DNA from: Dehalococcoidales bacterium
GTDB lineage: Bacteria > Chloroflexota > Dehalococcoidia > Dehalococcoidales > UBA2162
Reading direction: 5' to 3'
Assembly (NCBI GenBank): GCA_034416335.1
Contig: DAOULV010000023.1
Coordinates: 768 to 64,767 of the forward strand
Length of the DNA stretch: 64,000 nt
Made by a program: the position numbers and the translations under genes. Below, one piece after another: positions 53,963-64,000 of this stretch; positions within the stretch are counted from its first letter, which is position 1, and every line of letters starts with the position of its first letter. The notes beneath the pieces were generated by a model. That model worked only from the letters and a program-made list of their open reading frames with translations, ran no database searches and was not told the DNA's origin.

Positions 53963-56900
53963 TTCTCTTTACACCACTTATATGCGTTCTGGAACATTTT
54001 CAACCAGGGTGAAGCCGGCAGGACATAGTCGCCGACTTCCTTCTTCCAGTCGCCTGTTTTCCATTCTTCGGGTACATAAGGCCACTGCCAGAGTAGAAAA
54101 GTACGCTCGGGGTGGGGCATTATCGCCAGGTGCCGGCCGTCTTTAGAGCAGAAAGACGCTATCCCGGCTGGCGAGCCGTTCGGATTGAACCGGTATTTTT
54201 CAGTCGGTATGCCATCATCATCCACGTAAGCAACCGGCGTCAGGTTCTGTTCCCTGGCGGCTGCCAGAATATCCGGGTCAGGACAATACAGCTTTCCGCC
54301 GCCATGGGCGGTCCAGATACCGAGTATGGAGCCTTCCATGCCCTTCAGCATCATCGCCGGACTTTCGGATATTCTCACCATTCCCCAGTGGGATTCGAAC
54401 CTCTCGGAGTTATTCGTAATGAACCTCGGCTGGCTGGTTTCGGGAATCCCCTCCCAGGGGACGATACCGAGGAAAGCCATCAACTGGCAGCCGTTACATA
54501 TGCCGAGAGAAAAAGTATCTTGTCGTTTGAAGAAATCTTCAAACTCCTTTTTCAACCTCGGGTTGAATTTAATAATTCCCGCCCAGCCTTTTGCCGGGTC
54601 GAGTACATCGGCGTAAGAGAATCCCCCGACGAAAACGATCCCCCTGAACTTTTCCAGGGTTATTCGCTCTTCGAGGATGTCTGTCATCGTGACGTCCCAG
54701 GTCTCGAATCCCGCCCAGTAGAAGGCGGAAGTCATTTCACGGTCGCCATTGCTGCCCTCGTCGCGGATGATAGCCACTTTCGGCCGGCTGTCGCCGCGCA
54801 GGCTTCCCGGAGTTACCGGTTCGGGTTCGAACGTCAGGGTATAATTAACCCCTGTCCTTTCGCGATAGGTTGTCTGTTCCTTTGCCATTCCGACATTCAT
54901 CTGTTCCTGTTCCAGCCTGTCGCTGGTGGACTCCCACCACGAAAGGAGTGTAATTGTATCTATATCCAGTACAATTTCCTCTCCCCGGTTAATTTTCACT
55001 CTCTTTTCACGGGAAGTTTCGCCTAGTACCGAATATGACAGGCCATGCTCCTCCAGGATAATCTTTATCCTGTTTTCATTATCCGGCAGGTACTCCAGCA
55101 CCAGACCGAGTTCTTCCGAAAACAGCCGGGCTACAATGTCATCTTCACCGGGAATATCAATGGTAAATCCGCAGTTACCGGCGATGGCCATTTCGACCAG
55201 GGTCGTAATCAGCCCGCCGTCACTCCGGTCGTGACAGGCAAGTATCAGGTCTTCATCGAGGATTTTCTGGACTACCCTGAACATACTAACAAGAAGCTGG
55301 TAGTCATCAACATCGGGAGACTCATCACCGATTTGACCGAAAGCCTGGCCTAATGCGGAACCGCCGAGCCTGTTCCTTCCTTCCGACGGATCGATGAATA
55401 CCAGCCTGCTTTCTCCGGGTCTTTTAATATCGGGGGTAAGTTTTCGCGTAATATCCGGCATGGTTGCGTAGCCGGAAACTACCACTTCCCCCGGAGCTTT
55501 CACATTTTCGTTATCCACCCTGGCTGCCATCGACAGGCTGTCTTTTCCGCCGTCCACGGCAATCCCGAGCTGCGTAATCAGTTCAGCCAGCGCCCTGGCT
55601 GCGTCATAAATCCTGGCTCCTTCGCCGGGAAGTTTCGCCGCCCACATCCAGTTCACCGAACACTTGATATGGCTCAGTTCGCTTATCCTTGCCGAGACCA
55701 TGTTAGTCAGCATTTCACCGACCGCCATCCTCGCCCCGGCTTTTTCATCGATAAGCATTTTTATCGGCTGTTCGCCGATAGCCATTGCCCCGCCGGTTAT
55801 ACCGAAATGGCTCTGAGCGATTACCGCCACGTCGGAAACGGGAAGCTGGAGAGGTCCGCAGCACTGCTGCTGGGCAATCAGTCCGGTAACACTCCTGTCG
55901 ACCTTGCGAACGAGGTAGCCCTTGGAACCCACCGACGGCAGTTTGAAAACGAGTTCCAGCGCTTTTTCGACCGCCAGTCCTTCCGGCAGGTTAAGCGGTT
56001 CCAGTTTTCGCGGTACTCTTTCGAGATTATATGATTTCGGCGGCATCTCGCCCAGGATTTTATCGAGCGGTAAATCGACTGGCGTCGAGTCATCTTCCTC
56101 GTCGTATACAATAACCCGTCCGTCACCGGTGATTTCACCGAGTATTTCACAGTTCACTTTTTCTCTTTCACAGATAGCCCGGAATTCGTCGATTCTTTCC
56201 TCATGTATCAGGAATGCCGAACGTTCCTGGTATTCGGCACACCAGATATCGGCTACCGTCATAGACGGGTCGCCGAGGCTGAAACGCCGTATGTATATTT
56301 TCCCGCCGGCCGGATCTATGATTTCCGCCAGCACGTTAGCCGGACCGCCGGCGCCCTGGTCATGGACTACGAGTAAGGGATTATCTCCCTCTTTCTCAGC
56401 GCAGGCCCTGATAACGCGGTTTAGTTTATTTTCCATTTCGGCATTACCGCGCTGTACTGCATTGAAATCCAGCTCGGCGATATTCTCTCCCTGTATCATA
56501 CTGGAGGCGGATCCTCCGCCCATTCCTATCCGGTAGGCGGGCCCTCCCACCTGGACGACAAGTATTCCGTTTTCCGGTTCCCGGGGTTCGACGTTCGTGT
56601 CGTCTATCTGGCCTATACCTCCGGTGAACATAATCGGCTTGAGCCAGGCCCGTCTTTCCTTATCGGGTAAAACCTGTTCGAACGTCCTGACGAATCCCTG
56701 TATCAACGGTTCGCCGAACTTGTTCCCGTAATCGGAAGCACCGTTACTGGCTTCAATCAAAATATTGAGGGGTGACGCCAGTTCGTAAGGATAGGTGAGT
56801 CCTTCCGGTTCTCCCGGTATCTCGAAATCCGGGATATTGAGTGATGCCGTACAGTAAGCAGCAGTTCCGGCAACCACAAAGCTGCCTTTACCGGTGGCAT

Positions 56901-57825
56901 GTCCATCGCGTATCCTGCCGCCCGTACCGGTAGTAGCGCCTTCAAAAGGCTGAATACCGCTCGGGTAGTTGTGGGTTTCGGCGGTAAAAAGAATGTGATA
57001 ATAGCATTCTTTTGAGATAAAGTGAGAACTCTTTCCCGGATTCGCCGGCAGAATCGTCCAGATTTTATAACCCCTGATCGCACTCGAATCGTCGCTGAAG
57101 GCGATGACGCTGTTGGACGGGTTTTTCTGTATCGTCGACCGGATTATCTGGAGAAGGGTATCAGGTATTTCCTTACCGTCGACTGTCATTCTGCCCTTGA
57201 AAAACCAGTGACGCGAGTGCTCGCTGTTATTGTTCCCGAGCATAAACAGTTCGGCGTTCGTAGGATTACGCTTCAGCTCGTTAACAAACAGGCTGGTGTA
57301 GAAATTTACATCCCAGTCATCCATACCGAGTCCGTTCTCACGGTTGAACACACGCAGAGCATCCACACCTTTTTCAATAACCGGAATCGTGAAAACTTTT
57401 TCAGGAACAGCCCCGGTAACGAATGATTTCAACGGTTCCGGGTACGGAGTCTCCGTCATACGGTCGTGGTTTTCGACAGTAAACTGATCTCTATCAGTAC
57501 CATCGGGGAGAAGGTATCGTCTTGAACGCTCGATGCGGGTTATCTTATCCAGACCGCAGGCGCTGCAGACAGCAACGGCATTCGTCGAATAGGCTGTATC
57601 GAAACTAAGCCTCGGACCGATTTCTACGACATTCGCTCCGGGGACTAAAAAAGGCTGCTTGCTGAAACTCTCGACTTCGAATGTTTCAGCAAGCAGCCAT
57701 TTGAGTATTTCAAGTTCTTCTGCGGTAAGCGGGGCTGATGTTTGTACGTTAAAACAGTACTCGAAATCCGGCTTAACTTTACGATAGAAATGCCGTACTT
57801 CCGGTATGCTTCTAACGTCCGTCAT
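53959..57825 (-). CDS. purL: phosphoribosylformylglycinamidine synthase, single-chain large form
   Basis: ORF track 1288 aa. It has AIR-synthase-like repeats plus a C-terminal glutamine amidotransferase (GICNGCQ). Confidence 0.9.
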   Translation of the reverse strand: MTDVRSIPEVRHFYRKVKPDFEYCFNVQTSAPLTAEELEILKWLLAETFEVESFSKQPFLVPGANVVEIGPRLSFDTAYSTNAVAVCSACGLDKITRIERSRRYLLPDGTDRDQFTVENHDRMTETPYPEPLKSFVTGAVPEKVFTIPVIEKGVDALRVFNRENGLGMDDWDVNFYTSLFVNELKRNPTNAELFMLGNNNSEHSRHWFFKGRMTVDGKEIPDTLLQIIRSTIQKNPSNSVIAFSDDSSAIRGYKIWTILPANPGKSSHFISKECYYHILFTAETHNYPSGIQPFEGATTGTGGRIRDGHATGKGSFVVAGTAAYCTASLNIPDFEIPGEPEGLTYPYELASPLNILIEASNGASDYGNKFGEPLIQGFVRTFEQVLPDKERRAWLKPIMFTGGIGQIDDTNVEPREPENGILVVQVGGPAYRIGMGGGSASSMIQGENIAELDFNAVQRGNAEMENKLNRVIRACAEKEGDNPLLVVHDQGAGGPANVLAEIIDPAGGKIYIRRFSLGDPSMTVADIWCAEYQERSAFLIHEERIDEFRAICEREKVNCEILGEITGDGRVIVYDEEDDSTPVDLPLDKILGEMPPKSYNLERVPRKLEPLNLPEGLAVEKALELVFKLPSVGSKGYLVRKVDRSVTGLIAQQQCCGPLQLPVSDVAVIAQSHFGITGGAMAIGEQPIKMLIDEKAGARMAVGEMLTNMVSARISELSHIKCSVNWMWAAKLPGEGARIYDAARALAELITQLGIAVDGGKDSLSMAARVDNENVKAPGEVVVSGYATMPDITRKLTPDIKRPGESRLVFIDPSEGRNRLGGSALGQAFGQIGDESPDVDDYQLLVSMFRVVQKILDEDLILACHDRSDGGLITTLVEMAIAGNCGFTIDIPGEDDIVARLFSEELGLVLEYLPDNENRIKIILEEHGLSYSVLGETSREKRVKINRGEEIVLDIDTITLLSWWESTSDRLEQEQMNVGMAKEQTTYRERTGVNYTLTFEPEPVTPGSLRGDSRPKVAIIRDEGSNGDREMTSAFYWAGFETWDVTMTDILEERITLEKFRGIVFVGGFSYADVLDPAKGWAGIIKFNPRLKKEFEDFFKRQDTFSLGICNGCQLMAFLGIVPWEGIPETSQPRFITNNSERFESHWGMVRISESPAMMLKGMEGSILGIWTAHGGGKLYCPDPDILAAAREQNLTPVAYVDDDGIPTEKYRFNPNGSPAGIASFCSKDGRHLAIMPHPERTFLLWQWPYVPEEWKTGDWKKEVGDYVLPASPWLKMFQNAYKWCKEN

Positions 57826-57952
57826 CTCGCCCTGTCAATCAGCATGCTTATTCGTCTTCGCTTGTCAATCGGTATTACGTACAGGTATGGTAAAGTGGCT
57901 ACACCTGATTATACCTCCGTACTTACCGTCCAATCAATACCCGGAGGGGTTA

Positions 57953-58834
57953 TTATTCGTCCAGTCTGTAACCGTATTCCGGCATCTTTTTCCCGTCCAG
58001 GAAAACATCCTTACCGTCCACTCCAACCCGGCCTTCGGCTATCAAACGCACAGCCACAGGATATATTTTCCAGTCACCCTCCACCTTTAGAATATCCTGC
58101 AGGTGAGAGCAGATATTACGCATTATTTCCTGAAGTTCTTCATCAGCCTTTTCTTTAAATTCTTCATATGTCCTGATACGGCTTGCACCGGCGAAAGCCA
58201 GTATTCGGTGGAGCCCCTCAAGCAGTTCCCGCGGTTCTTTCGAATCCAGTTCGACAAGAGTGTTCGCTATCTTCAAAGGTGCGGACTGCACCAGCACTGG
58301 ACCATTATCTTCGTTTTTATCCACGAAAAACAGTGTCGACCTTATCGCATCGTCACCGGCGAGAATCGCCATAGCCGAAGGAATCCAGTGCAGTCCCGCG
58401 TAGCCTCTGGTAGTATCTCCCGGGTGAACATTCAATATACGAGGATAATACCTGTCAACCATCCAGTCGGAATTCAACTGATCAAAACCTGCCAGGCATA
58501 TCAGATCAGGCTGCCTGCCGATTTCACCTTCAATCAGCCGGCATAAATCTGTCTCATATTCAATTCTTTCGGGAGCATTTCTGGGTACTTTACCCGGCCC
58601 GTACCTCTTCCTGACTTCCCTTAGATATGGTATATGACTCAATTCAAGGACTTTATGACCGTTTTTCCCGGCGATTTCTACCCCGCCGCAATCCGGCCGG
58701 TTGGTGAATACGATGTAATTGTGCTCAGGATTACCGGCAACAATCTCCCTGTAATTGGTACCGGAACCTGAAACAAAACAGACGATTGTCATTCTCTTCC
58801 CGGATTTCTCAGGGTCATAAACCGGTTCTCTCAT
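57953..58834 (-). CDS. PurN-like formyltransferase-family protein with a C-terminal extension
   Basis: Frame of ORF 57953..58882. ATG 58834 has an AAGGTGAGG SD. Motifs are VSGSGTNY and ILNVHPGD. Confidence 0.6.
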   Translation of the reverse strand: MREPVYDPEKSGKRMTIVCFVSGSGTNYREIVAGNPEHNYIVFTNRPDCGGVEIAGKNGHKVLELSHIPYLREVRKRYGPGKVPRNAPERIEYETDLCRLIEGEIGRQPDLICLAGFDQLNSDWMVDRYYPRILNVHPGDTTRGYAGLHWIPSAMAILAGDDAIRSTLFFVDKNEDNGPVLVQSAPLKIANTLVELDSKEPRELLEGLHRILAFAGASRIRTYEEFKEKADEELQEIMRNICSHLQDILKVEGDWKIYPVAVRLIAEGRVGVDGKDVFLDGKKMPEYGYRLDE

Positions 58835-58922
58835 AATATCCTCACCTTTACCAGTTTTCCGATTTGAGTTTATCCGGCTCAAGCCGGAGTGTCAATGCAG
58901 ATAGTCTCATAATTAATATTTG

Positions 58923-59053
58923 ATACTATTCGGTTCTGGTTGTGATTTTAGGTTCACCCCCCTTCTGGCCAGGATAGTCTTCCGGTCACCATCAATGGTT
59001 CTGACCGGAAAGGGGGCAGGCCTGCCCGCCTACTCCAAGGCTTCGGCGGGCAG
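58923..59053 (+). repeat. REP/MITE-like element, family 2 copy
   Basis: The head is atactattcggttctggttgtgattttaggttcacccccc, followed by hairpin ctgcccgcc/ggcgggcag. Confidence 0.5.
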
Positions 59054-59331
59054 TAAGGTATATATAAACAATCAGGTGTAAACAAAATCTAACTTCAAGA
59101 ATTTGAAAATTTTCTTTAATTTGTGTATTGTAAATCCTTTTTCACTATGTTAAGCTTTCGTGAAAAAAGTGTCCTGTTATCCATCTCGGTCTTGTTTTAC
59201 TCGTAGTTCCCCAACTTGATTATGGATTCAAGGTTAATCTAAAAAGAACTGTTAATCCGAGTAACGGAGGTGCAAGATGAGATGAGGTTACTATCATAAA
59301 TTAGTTAATATTTTTTGATAGGAGGACACAC

Positions 59332-60591
59332 GTGAGTAAGAAACTCTCGACAGTCATTATCTCCTCGGTTCTGATCCTGATCATAACGGCTCTCCCTTTC
59401 CTTGCTTCCTGCGGCGGGAGTGCTCCCGAAAAAGATAAAATCGTAATCGGAGCAGCAAGACCCATTTCGGGACCATTAGCTCAAATAGGTGATTACGCAA
59501 TGGGACCGATTATGGATATGTGGTCAGATGAAATTAATGCAAAGGGCGGGTTGAACGTAGCCGGTAAAATGATGCCGGTAGAACTAAAGATTTATGATGA
59601 CACCAGCGACCTTGGTACTTCTACAAGGCTGATTGAAAAGCTGATACTTGAAGATAAGGTCGACTTCCTCTTCCCGAACTGTTCAACAGCATTTCTTTAC
59701 GCTTCCGCACCTCTGGCAAACAAGTATAAATACGTATATCTCGGTGCTGAGGGCGGATGTACCACGCTGACCGATATGCTTCCGGAGTTACCCTATGTGT
59801 TCGGTGTATTGAACTACTCGGACTACTACCAGATACCCACGTTAGCGGACGTCCTGGTCAATAAAGGAGTGAAGACGGCGGCTATTATCTACATCAATGA
59901 CCTCCACGGCGTGGAATACTATCACACATCTCTCAGTGAATTCCTGAAAGCCGGTATCGACATTGTGATGGCTGAAGCCGTGCCGCCTTATTCAGAGGAT
60001 GTCGAGCTGGTACTGAAAGCGGCAAGAGATTCCGGTGCCGACGTGCTTTGCGCCTACGTTTATCCCCCCACGACTATGGCTGTAGTCGGACAGTCCATGG
60101 CCATCGGATACAGTCCGAAAGCAATGGTCCTCGGACCGGGTGTTAACTTCGAATTCTTTAAGGGAATATTCGGTGAACAGGTACTTGAAGGCCTTATCGG
60201 TTTCGGTGCTTATAACTCCAAGTCTTCACCGGAGATAGCAGACTTTATCGATAATTTCATCGACCGCTACGGTCTTGAAACGATGGACTGGTGGGGAGGC
60301 GCTTTCTATTACGCAGCCCTGCAATGTTTCGGCCAGGCAATAGAAAAAGCAGGAAGCCTGGACAATACCAAGGTGCGCGATGTAATGGCGTCGGAGCATT
60401 TCCAGACCATCCTCGGAGATACCTGGTTCGATATGACAGCCGATGGTGAAGGCGGCGGCCTATTAGCCAAGGATTGTCATCCCGGACAGGTCGGCCAGTG
60501 GCAGAGCGGAACCTACGAAGTCATCGGCCCGGCGGATAAGACCACCTCGGACAGGGTAATCTATCCGAAACCGCAATGGCCGGCACCATAA
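59332..60591 (+). CDS. branched-chain-amino-acid-type ABC substrate-binding lipoprotein
   Basis: ORF track 419 aa with a GTG start after TAGGAGG. It has a signal peptide plus lipobox LASCG and is followed by livHMGF-like genes. Confidence 0.75.
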   Translation: MSKKLSTVIISSVLILIITALPFLASCGGSAPEKDKIVIGAARPISGPLAQIGDYAMGPIMDMWSDEINAKGGLNVAGKMMPVELKIYDDTSDLGTSTRLIEKLILEDKVDFLFPNCSTAFLYASAPLANKYKYVYLGAEGGCTTLTDMLPELPYVFGVLNYSDYYQIPTLADVLVNKGVKTAAIIYINDLHGVEYYHTSLSEFLKAGIDIVMAEAVPPYSEDVELVLKAARDSGADVLCAYVYPPTTMAVVGQSMAIGYSPKAMVLGPGVNFEFFKGIFGEQVLEGLIGFGAYNSKSSPEIADFIDNFIDRYGLETMDWWGGAFYYAALQCFGQAIEKAGSLDNTKVRDVMASEHFQTILGDTWFDMTADGEGGGLLAKDCHPGQVGQWQSGTYEVIGPADKTTSDRVIYPKPQWPAP

Positions 60592-60725
60592 CGCAAAAAT
60601 ATAAGACCTGATATACCGAAACGACAGCGAGCAGGCTGTCCCGGGTGAATACCAGGACTGCAGTGAATGAACAACGGCTGCAGACATCTTCATGTGTTGC
60701 CGGGACAGCCTGTGAGAGACAATTT

Positions 60726-61598
60726 ATGGAACTAGTAACCGTTCTGGATATCGTTATCGGCGGCCTGTTGATGGGCGGTATATATGCCCTGATTGCGATG
60801 GGGTTAAGCCTGCAATACGGGGTGGCGCGTGTATTGAATATATCTCACGGCGAATTCATTATGATCGGAGCGTTCGCCACCTGGCTACTCTACACCTCAC
60901 TCGGCATTAATCCGCTGATTGCCCTCGTGATTGTCGGCCCGGTCGTATTTGTAATCGGGTACCTCCTGCACATCACGCTGTTCAGAAGTCTTCTTAAATC
61001 GTCGGTATCAACCGCGGTTTTTGAAGGTAATTCACTGCTGGCCACTTTCGGTCTCCTGTATATAATCCAGAACATAGCCATAATCATCTGGAGCACATCC
61101 TCGAAAGGATTTACTTTCCTGGCAACCCCGGTAAACTTCGGGGGGGCAATCTTCTCCATGAACCGTCTGGTTACTCTCGGATTCGCAATAGGTATCGGAC
61201 TGGCGTTTTATCTTTTCCTGGCCCGTACCCGGATGGGTAAAGCTATCCGGGCGGCAGCCCAGGACCCTTCGGCTGCCGAACTGATGGGGGTAGATATAAA
61301 CAAAGTATTGGCCCTGTGCTTCGGTTTCGGGGCATTGATGGCCGGTCTCGCCGGCGTACTCTACAGCATGAGTTTTTCAATCCAGACGACAATGGGGCTG
61401 GGATTCACCGTTATCGCTATTATTGTGGTTGTCCTCGGAGGACTCGGCAGCATCCCGGGGAGTTTTATCGGGGGGTTTATCCTCGGCATTCTCGGGCAGA
61501 TAGTAACGCACTTCGAGCCCAGTTTATCGCTGGCAGCCTATTATCTCATATTCATTCTTCTTCTGCTGTTAAGACCAAAAGGCATATTCGGGAAATAG
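60726..61598 (+). CDS. livH: branched-chain amino acid ABC permease (LivH-like)
   Basis: Frame of ORF 60645..61598. ATG 60726 is preferred. It is a polytopic membrane protein. Confidence 0.75.
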   Translation: MELVTVLDIVIGGLLMGGIYALIAMGLSLQYGVARVLNISHGEFIMIGAFATWLLYTSLGINPLIALVIVGPVVFVIGYLLHITLFRSLLKSSVSTAVFEGNSLLATFGLLYIIQNIAIIIWSTSSKGFTFLATPVNFGGAIFSMNRLVTLGFAIGIGLAFYLFLARTRMGKAIRAAAQDPSAAELMGVDINKVLALCFGFGALMAGLAGVLYSMSFSIQTTMGLGFTVIAIIVVVLGGLGSIPGSFIGGFILGILGQIVTHFEPSLSLAAYYLIFILLLLLRPKGIFGK

Positions 61599-61602
61599 AT
61601 AC

Positions 61603-62553
61603 ATGAAATTTACAGAAATTACGTCCAATAAGTGGTTTGCACCGGGAATCATCGGTATCATCCTGGTACTGCTGGCTACTCTCCCGGTATATGCCGCCGG
61701 CTATACTCCCATACTGTTTACAACATTCTTGATGTACATCATCCTTTCGGTAAGCTGGGCGCTATTTTCAGGGCCTACCGGTTATATGTCGCTGGCGACA
61801 GCCGCTTTCTTCGGGGTCGGCATATACACTGCGGCATTACTGGGCGATATATTACCCCTGCCGCTTTTTATCATCGCCGGAGGTCTGGCGAGTGCGGTTG
61901 TAGCACTTCTGGTAGGAGCTTTGACCCTTAGATTACGGGGTATATACTTTGCTATTTTTACCTTCGGTCTTGTTATGCTCATTGCACAGCTGCTCATGTT
62001 CTTTGAACTGCATGTGACGGGAACACGCGGACGTTTTGTAATCGTTATAGACTACAACACGATATACTATGTGATGCTGATTATTTTCATACTGCTGATG
62101 TTTACGATGTACCTTATCCGCCGCTCCAGGTGGGGACTTGCTCTTCAGAGTATTGGCGAAAATGAAGAGGCCGCATCGCACATCGGCATCAATGTTACGA
62201 TGGTTAAGGTACTGTTCTTCGCCCTCAGTGCCTTCTTCATCGGTACAGCCGGTGCCACCATCGCAACGAGGTGGACGTATATAGACCCTATTATCGCTTT
62301 CGATCCGGATATGTCCTTCCTGCCGGTACTTATGGCAATTTTCGGCGGAATGGCTAAATACTACGGCCCCGTGATAGGCGCTGTAATATTTGCTTATCTT
62401 CAGGAAATTCTCATTACCAGGTTTACCGAATTATATATGCTTATATTCGGTATAATACTGGTCGTCTCCATACTGTACCTGCCGAACGGAATCGTCGGTC
62501 TGGTCCAGAAACTCTGGAAAAGACTGGAGGTTAAACTCTATGCCGATACTTGA
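61603..62553 (+). CDS. livM: branched-chain amino acid ABC permease (LivM-like)
   Basis: ORF track 316 aa. It is a polytopic membrane protein. Confidence 0.75.
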   Translation: MKFTEITSNKWFAPGIIGIILVLLATLPVYAAGYTPILFTTFLMYIILSVSWALFSGPTGYMSLATAAFFGVGIYTAALLGDILPLPLFIIAGGLASAVVALLVGALTLRLRGIYFAIFTFGLVMLIAQLLMFFELHVTGTRGRFVIVIDYNTIYYVMLIIFILLMFTMYLIRRSRWGLALQSIGENEEAASHIGINVTMVKVLFFALSAFFIGTAGATIATRWTYIDPIIAFDPDMSFLPVLMAIFGGMAKYYGPVIGAVIFAYLQEILITRFTELYMLIFGIILVVSILYLPNGIVGLVQKLWKRLEVKLYADT

Positions 62554-63259
62554 AGGTAAAAGGGTAACCAGGTCTTTCGGCGGTCTTGTGGCCGTATCGG
62601 ATGTGAATTTCGACGTTGAACGCGGGGAAATAGTCGGTCTTATCGGGCCGAACGGTGCCGGAAAGACCACCCTTTTCAACCTGATATCGGCGGCACTACG
62701 CACCCAACAGGGCGTCATTACATTCAAAGGTACAAAAATTACCGGTATGAAGCCGTACCAGATATGCAAGCTTGGTATCGCCAGGACATTTCAAAGCGTT
62801 AAAATCTTCCCCAACATCTCGGTAATGGGAAACATCATGCTCGGGGCACTATTCGGTAAAAATACAAGTATATCATCGGATGAAGCAGCAGCCGAAGCAG
62901 AAGAACTGATGGAATTTGTCGGACTATCGCATATCAGGGATGCGCAGGCACAGGATTTAACGCTGGCCAACCAGAAACGCATTGAAGTAGCCAGGGCGCT
63001 GGCGACAAATCCTGAGTTACTTCTGCTGGACGAACTGATGGCCGGACTAAATCATACCGAGGTCACGGAAGCCATGAATCTGGTAACGAGAATACGAGAC
63101 AGAGGAATTACAATACTGATGATAGAGCACGTCATGAAAGCGATAATGAGTATCTGCAACCGTATTATCGTCCTTCATCACGGAGAGACTATCGCCGAAG
63201 GTACACCGGAAGAGGTTTCCACGAGTAAGCGAGTAATCGAGGTGTACCTTGGAGAATAA
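62540..63259 (+). CDS. livG: ABC ATP-binding protein (LivG-like)
   Basis: ORF track 239 aa. Walker A is GPNGAGKTT and Walker B is LLLLDE. Confidence 0.8.
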   Translation: MPILEGKRVTRSFGGLVAVSDVNFDVERGEIVGLIGPNGAGKTTLFNLISAALRTQQGVITFKGTKITGMKPYQICKLGIARTFQSVKIFPNISVMGNIMLGALFGKNTSISSDEAAAEAEELMEFVGLSHIRDAQAQDLTLANQKRIEVARALATNPELLLLDELMAGLNHTEVTEAMNLVTRIRDRGITILMIEHVMKAIMSICNRIIVLHHGETIAEGTPEEVSTSKRVIEVYLGE

Positions 63260-63263
63260 ACAT

Positions 63264-63968
63264 ATGCTGGAGATAAGAAACCTCAACACCTGTTATGGAA
63301 TAACTCAGGCATTATGGGACGTCTGCCTGAGTGTCGATGAATCCGAGATTGTCGCCCTGGTCGGTTCGAACGGTGCCGGAAAAACCACTCTGTTGAACAC
63401 TATATCCGGTCTGTTACAGCCCGTCTCGGGAACTATCCATTTTCTGGGAAAGAGAATTGACGGTCTGTCACCTCACTCTATTGTTGAAGCAGGTATCTCG
63501 CACGTGCCGGAAGGCGGCAGGATATTCACAGAAATGACCGTTATTGAAAACCTGGAGATGGGGGCATATCCTCTTCATGCATGGAAACAGAGAAAAGAAA
63601 CTAAACAAGAGGTCTACCGAATATTCCCCGTTTTGAAAGAAAGGGAAAAGCAGATGGCCAGAACTCTTAGCGGCGGTGAACACCAGATGCTGGCTATGGG
63701 ACGGGGACTTATGTCCAGACCCAGGCTATGTATTCTCGATGAACCGTCATACGGACTGGCGCCGAAATACGTGGAAGAAGTTTTCAGAATAATCAAATCT
63801 CTAAACGAACAGGGGATTACGATATTTCTGATTGAACAGAACGTAAAGCATTCACTGGAGATAGCCGATAAAGCCTATGTAATGGAGAACGGCCGGATAG
63901 CCCTCGAAGGTGACTGCCAGGAACTGCTGGAAACCGATCACGTGAGAAAGTCATACCTTGGATTATAA
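63264..63968 (+). CDS. livF: ABC ATP-binding protein (LivF-like)
   Basis: Frame of ORF 63249..63968. ATG 63264 follows the livG stop. Motifs are GSNGAGKTT, LSGGEHQ and ILDEP. Confidence 0.8.
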   Translation: MLEIRNLNTCYGITQALWDVCLSVDESEIVALVGSNGAGKTTLLNTISGLLQPVSGTIHFLGKRIDGLSPHSIVEAGISHVPEGGRIFTEMTVIENLEMGAYPLHAWKQRKETKQEVYRIFPVLKEREKQMARTLSGGEHQMLAMGRGLMSRPRLCILDEPSYGLAPKYVEEVFRIIKSLNEQGITIFLIEQNVKHSLEIADKAYVMENGRIALEGDCQELLETDHVRKSYLGL

Positions 63969-64000
63969 TCACTCAAAGTCACATTCCCTGCTAATAATGC

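Overview
This is a 64-kb prokaryotic window with two contrasting parts. I cannot assign a taxon, but the gene content points to an anaerobe that uses selenocysteine. The left ~16.4 kb is accessory DNA and is visibly AT-richer. My hand counts of single 60-nt lines give 17-24 GC per 60 there, against 27-36 per 60 further right. It holds a HEPN-like ORF, an RHH/RelE toxin-antitoxin pair, and a 1044-aa helicase-less type IIG/ISP-like N6-adenine methyltransferase with an N-terminal PD..EAK motif. Next comes a tightly packed six-gene operon: a SAP-like protein, a wHTH/Zn-ribbon protein, an Mrr-like nuclease, a DUF4338 (DruA-like) protein, a NurA-like nuclease and a HerA-like ATPase. It matches no named defence system that I can recall and is my top candidate for an undescribed system. 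It is followed by a 4.1-kb islet bounded by two 43-bp direct repeats that are the 3' half of a tRNA-Lys(CUU), i.e. att-like sites. The islet carries an operon preceded by a GAAC-N4-GTTC (SOS-box-like) palindrome. That operon encodes a SAM-MTase-like gene broken by an in-frame TAA, an SPL/COG1533-type radical SAM enzyme, a ParB-like protein, a small gene with an in-frame TGA, and a HicB-like peptide. The right ~47 kb is core or metabolic DNA: Lrp, an RsmC-like MTase, an aldolase, an AKR, an FAD oxidoreductase, AOR, apt, an ArsR-DsrE-TusA-DsrMK-like cluster, duplicated family-5 SBPs, a TPP enzyme, an SDR, an array of six cupin-like domains, two URO-D-family paralogues, IscU/cysteine desulfurase, purL, a PurN-like gene and a Liv-type ABC transporter. 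This part contains three selenoprotein candidates that the ORF track splits or misses at UGA. One is HesB-like (18534..18818). The other two are paralogous ~580-aa proteins (49100..50860 and 51613..53367) with a conserved CW-U motif and a downstream hairpin. It also contains a second SPL-like radical-SAM plus small-protein module behind a LexA-like box, and several MITE/REP-like repeat families. I found no rRNA, no intact tRNA and no CRISPR array. All family assignments come from motif recognition by eye and need profile searches.
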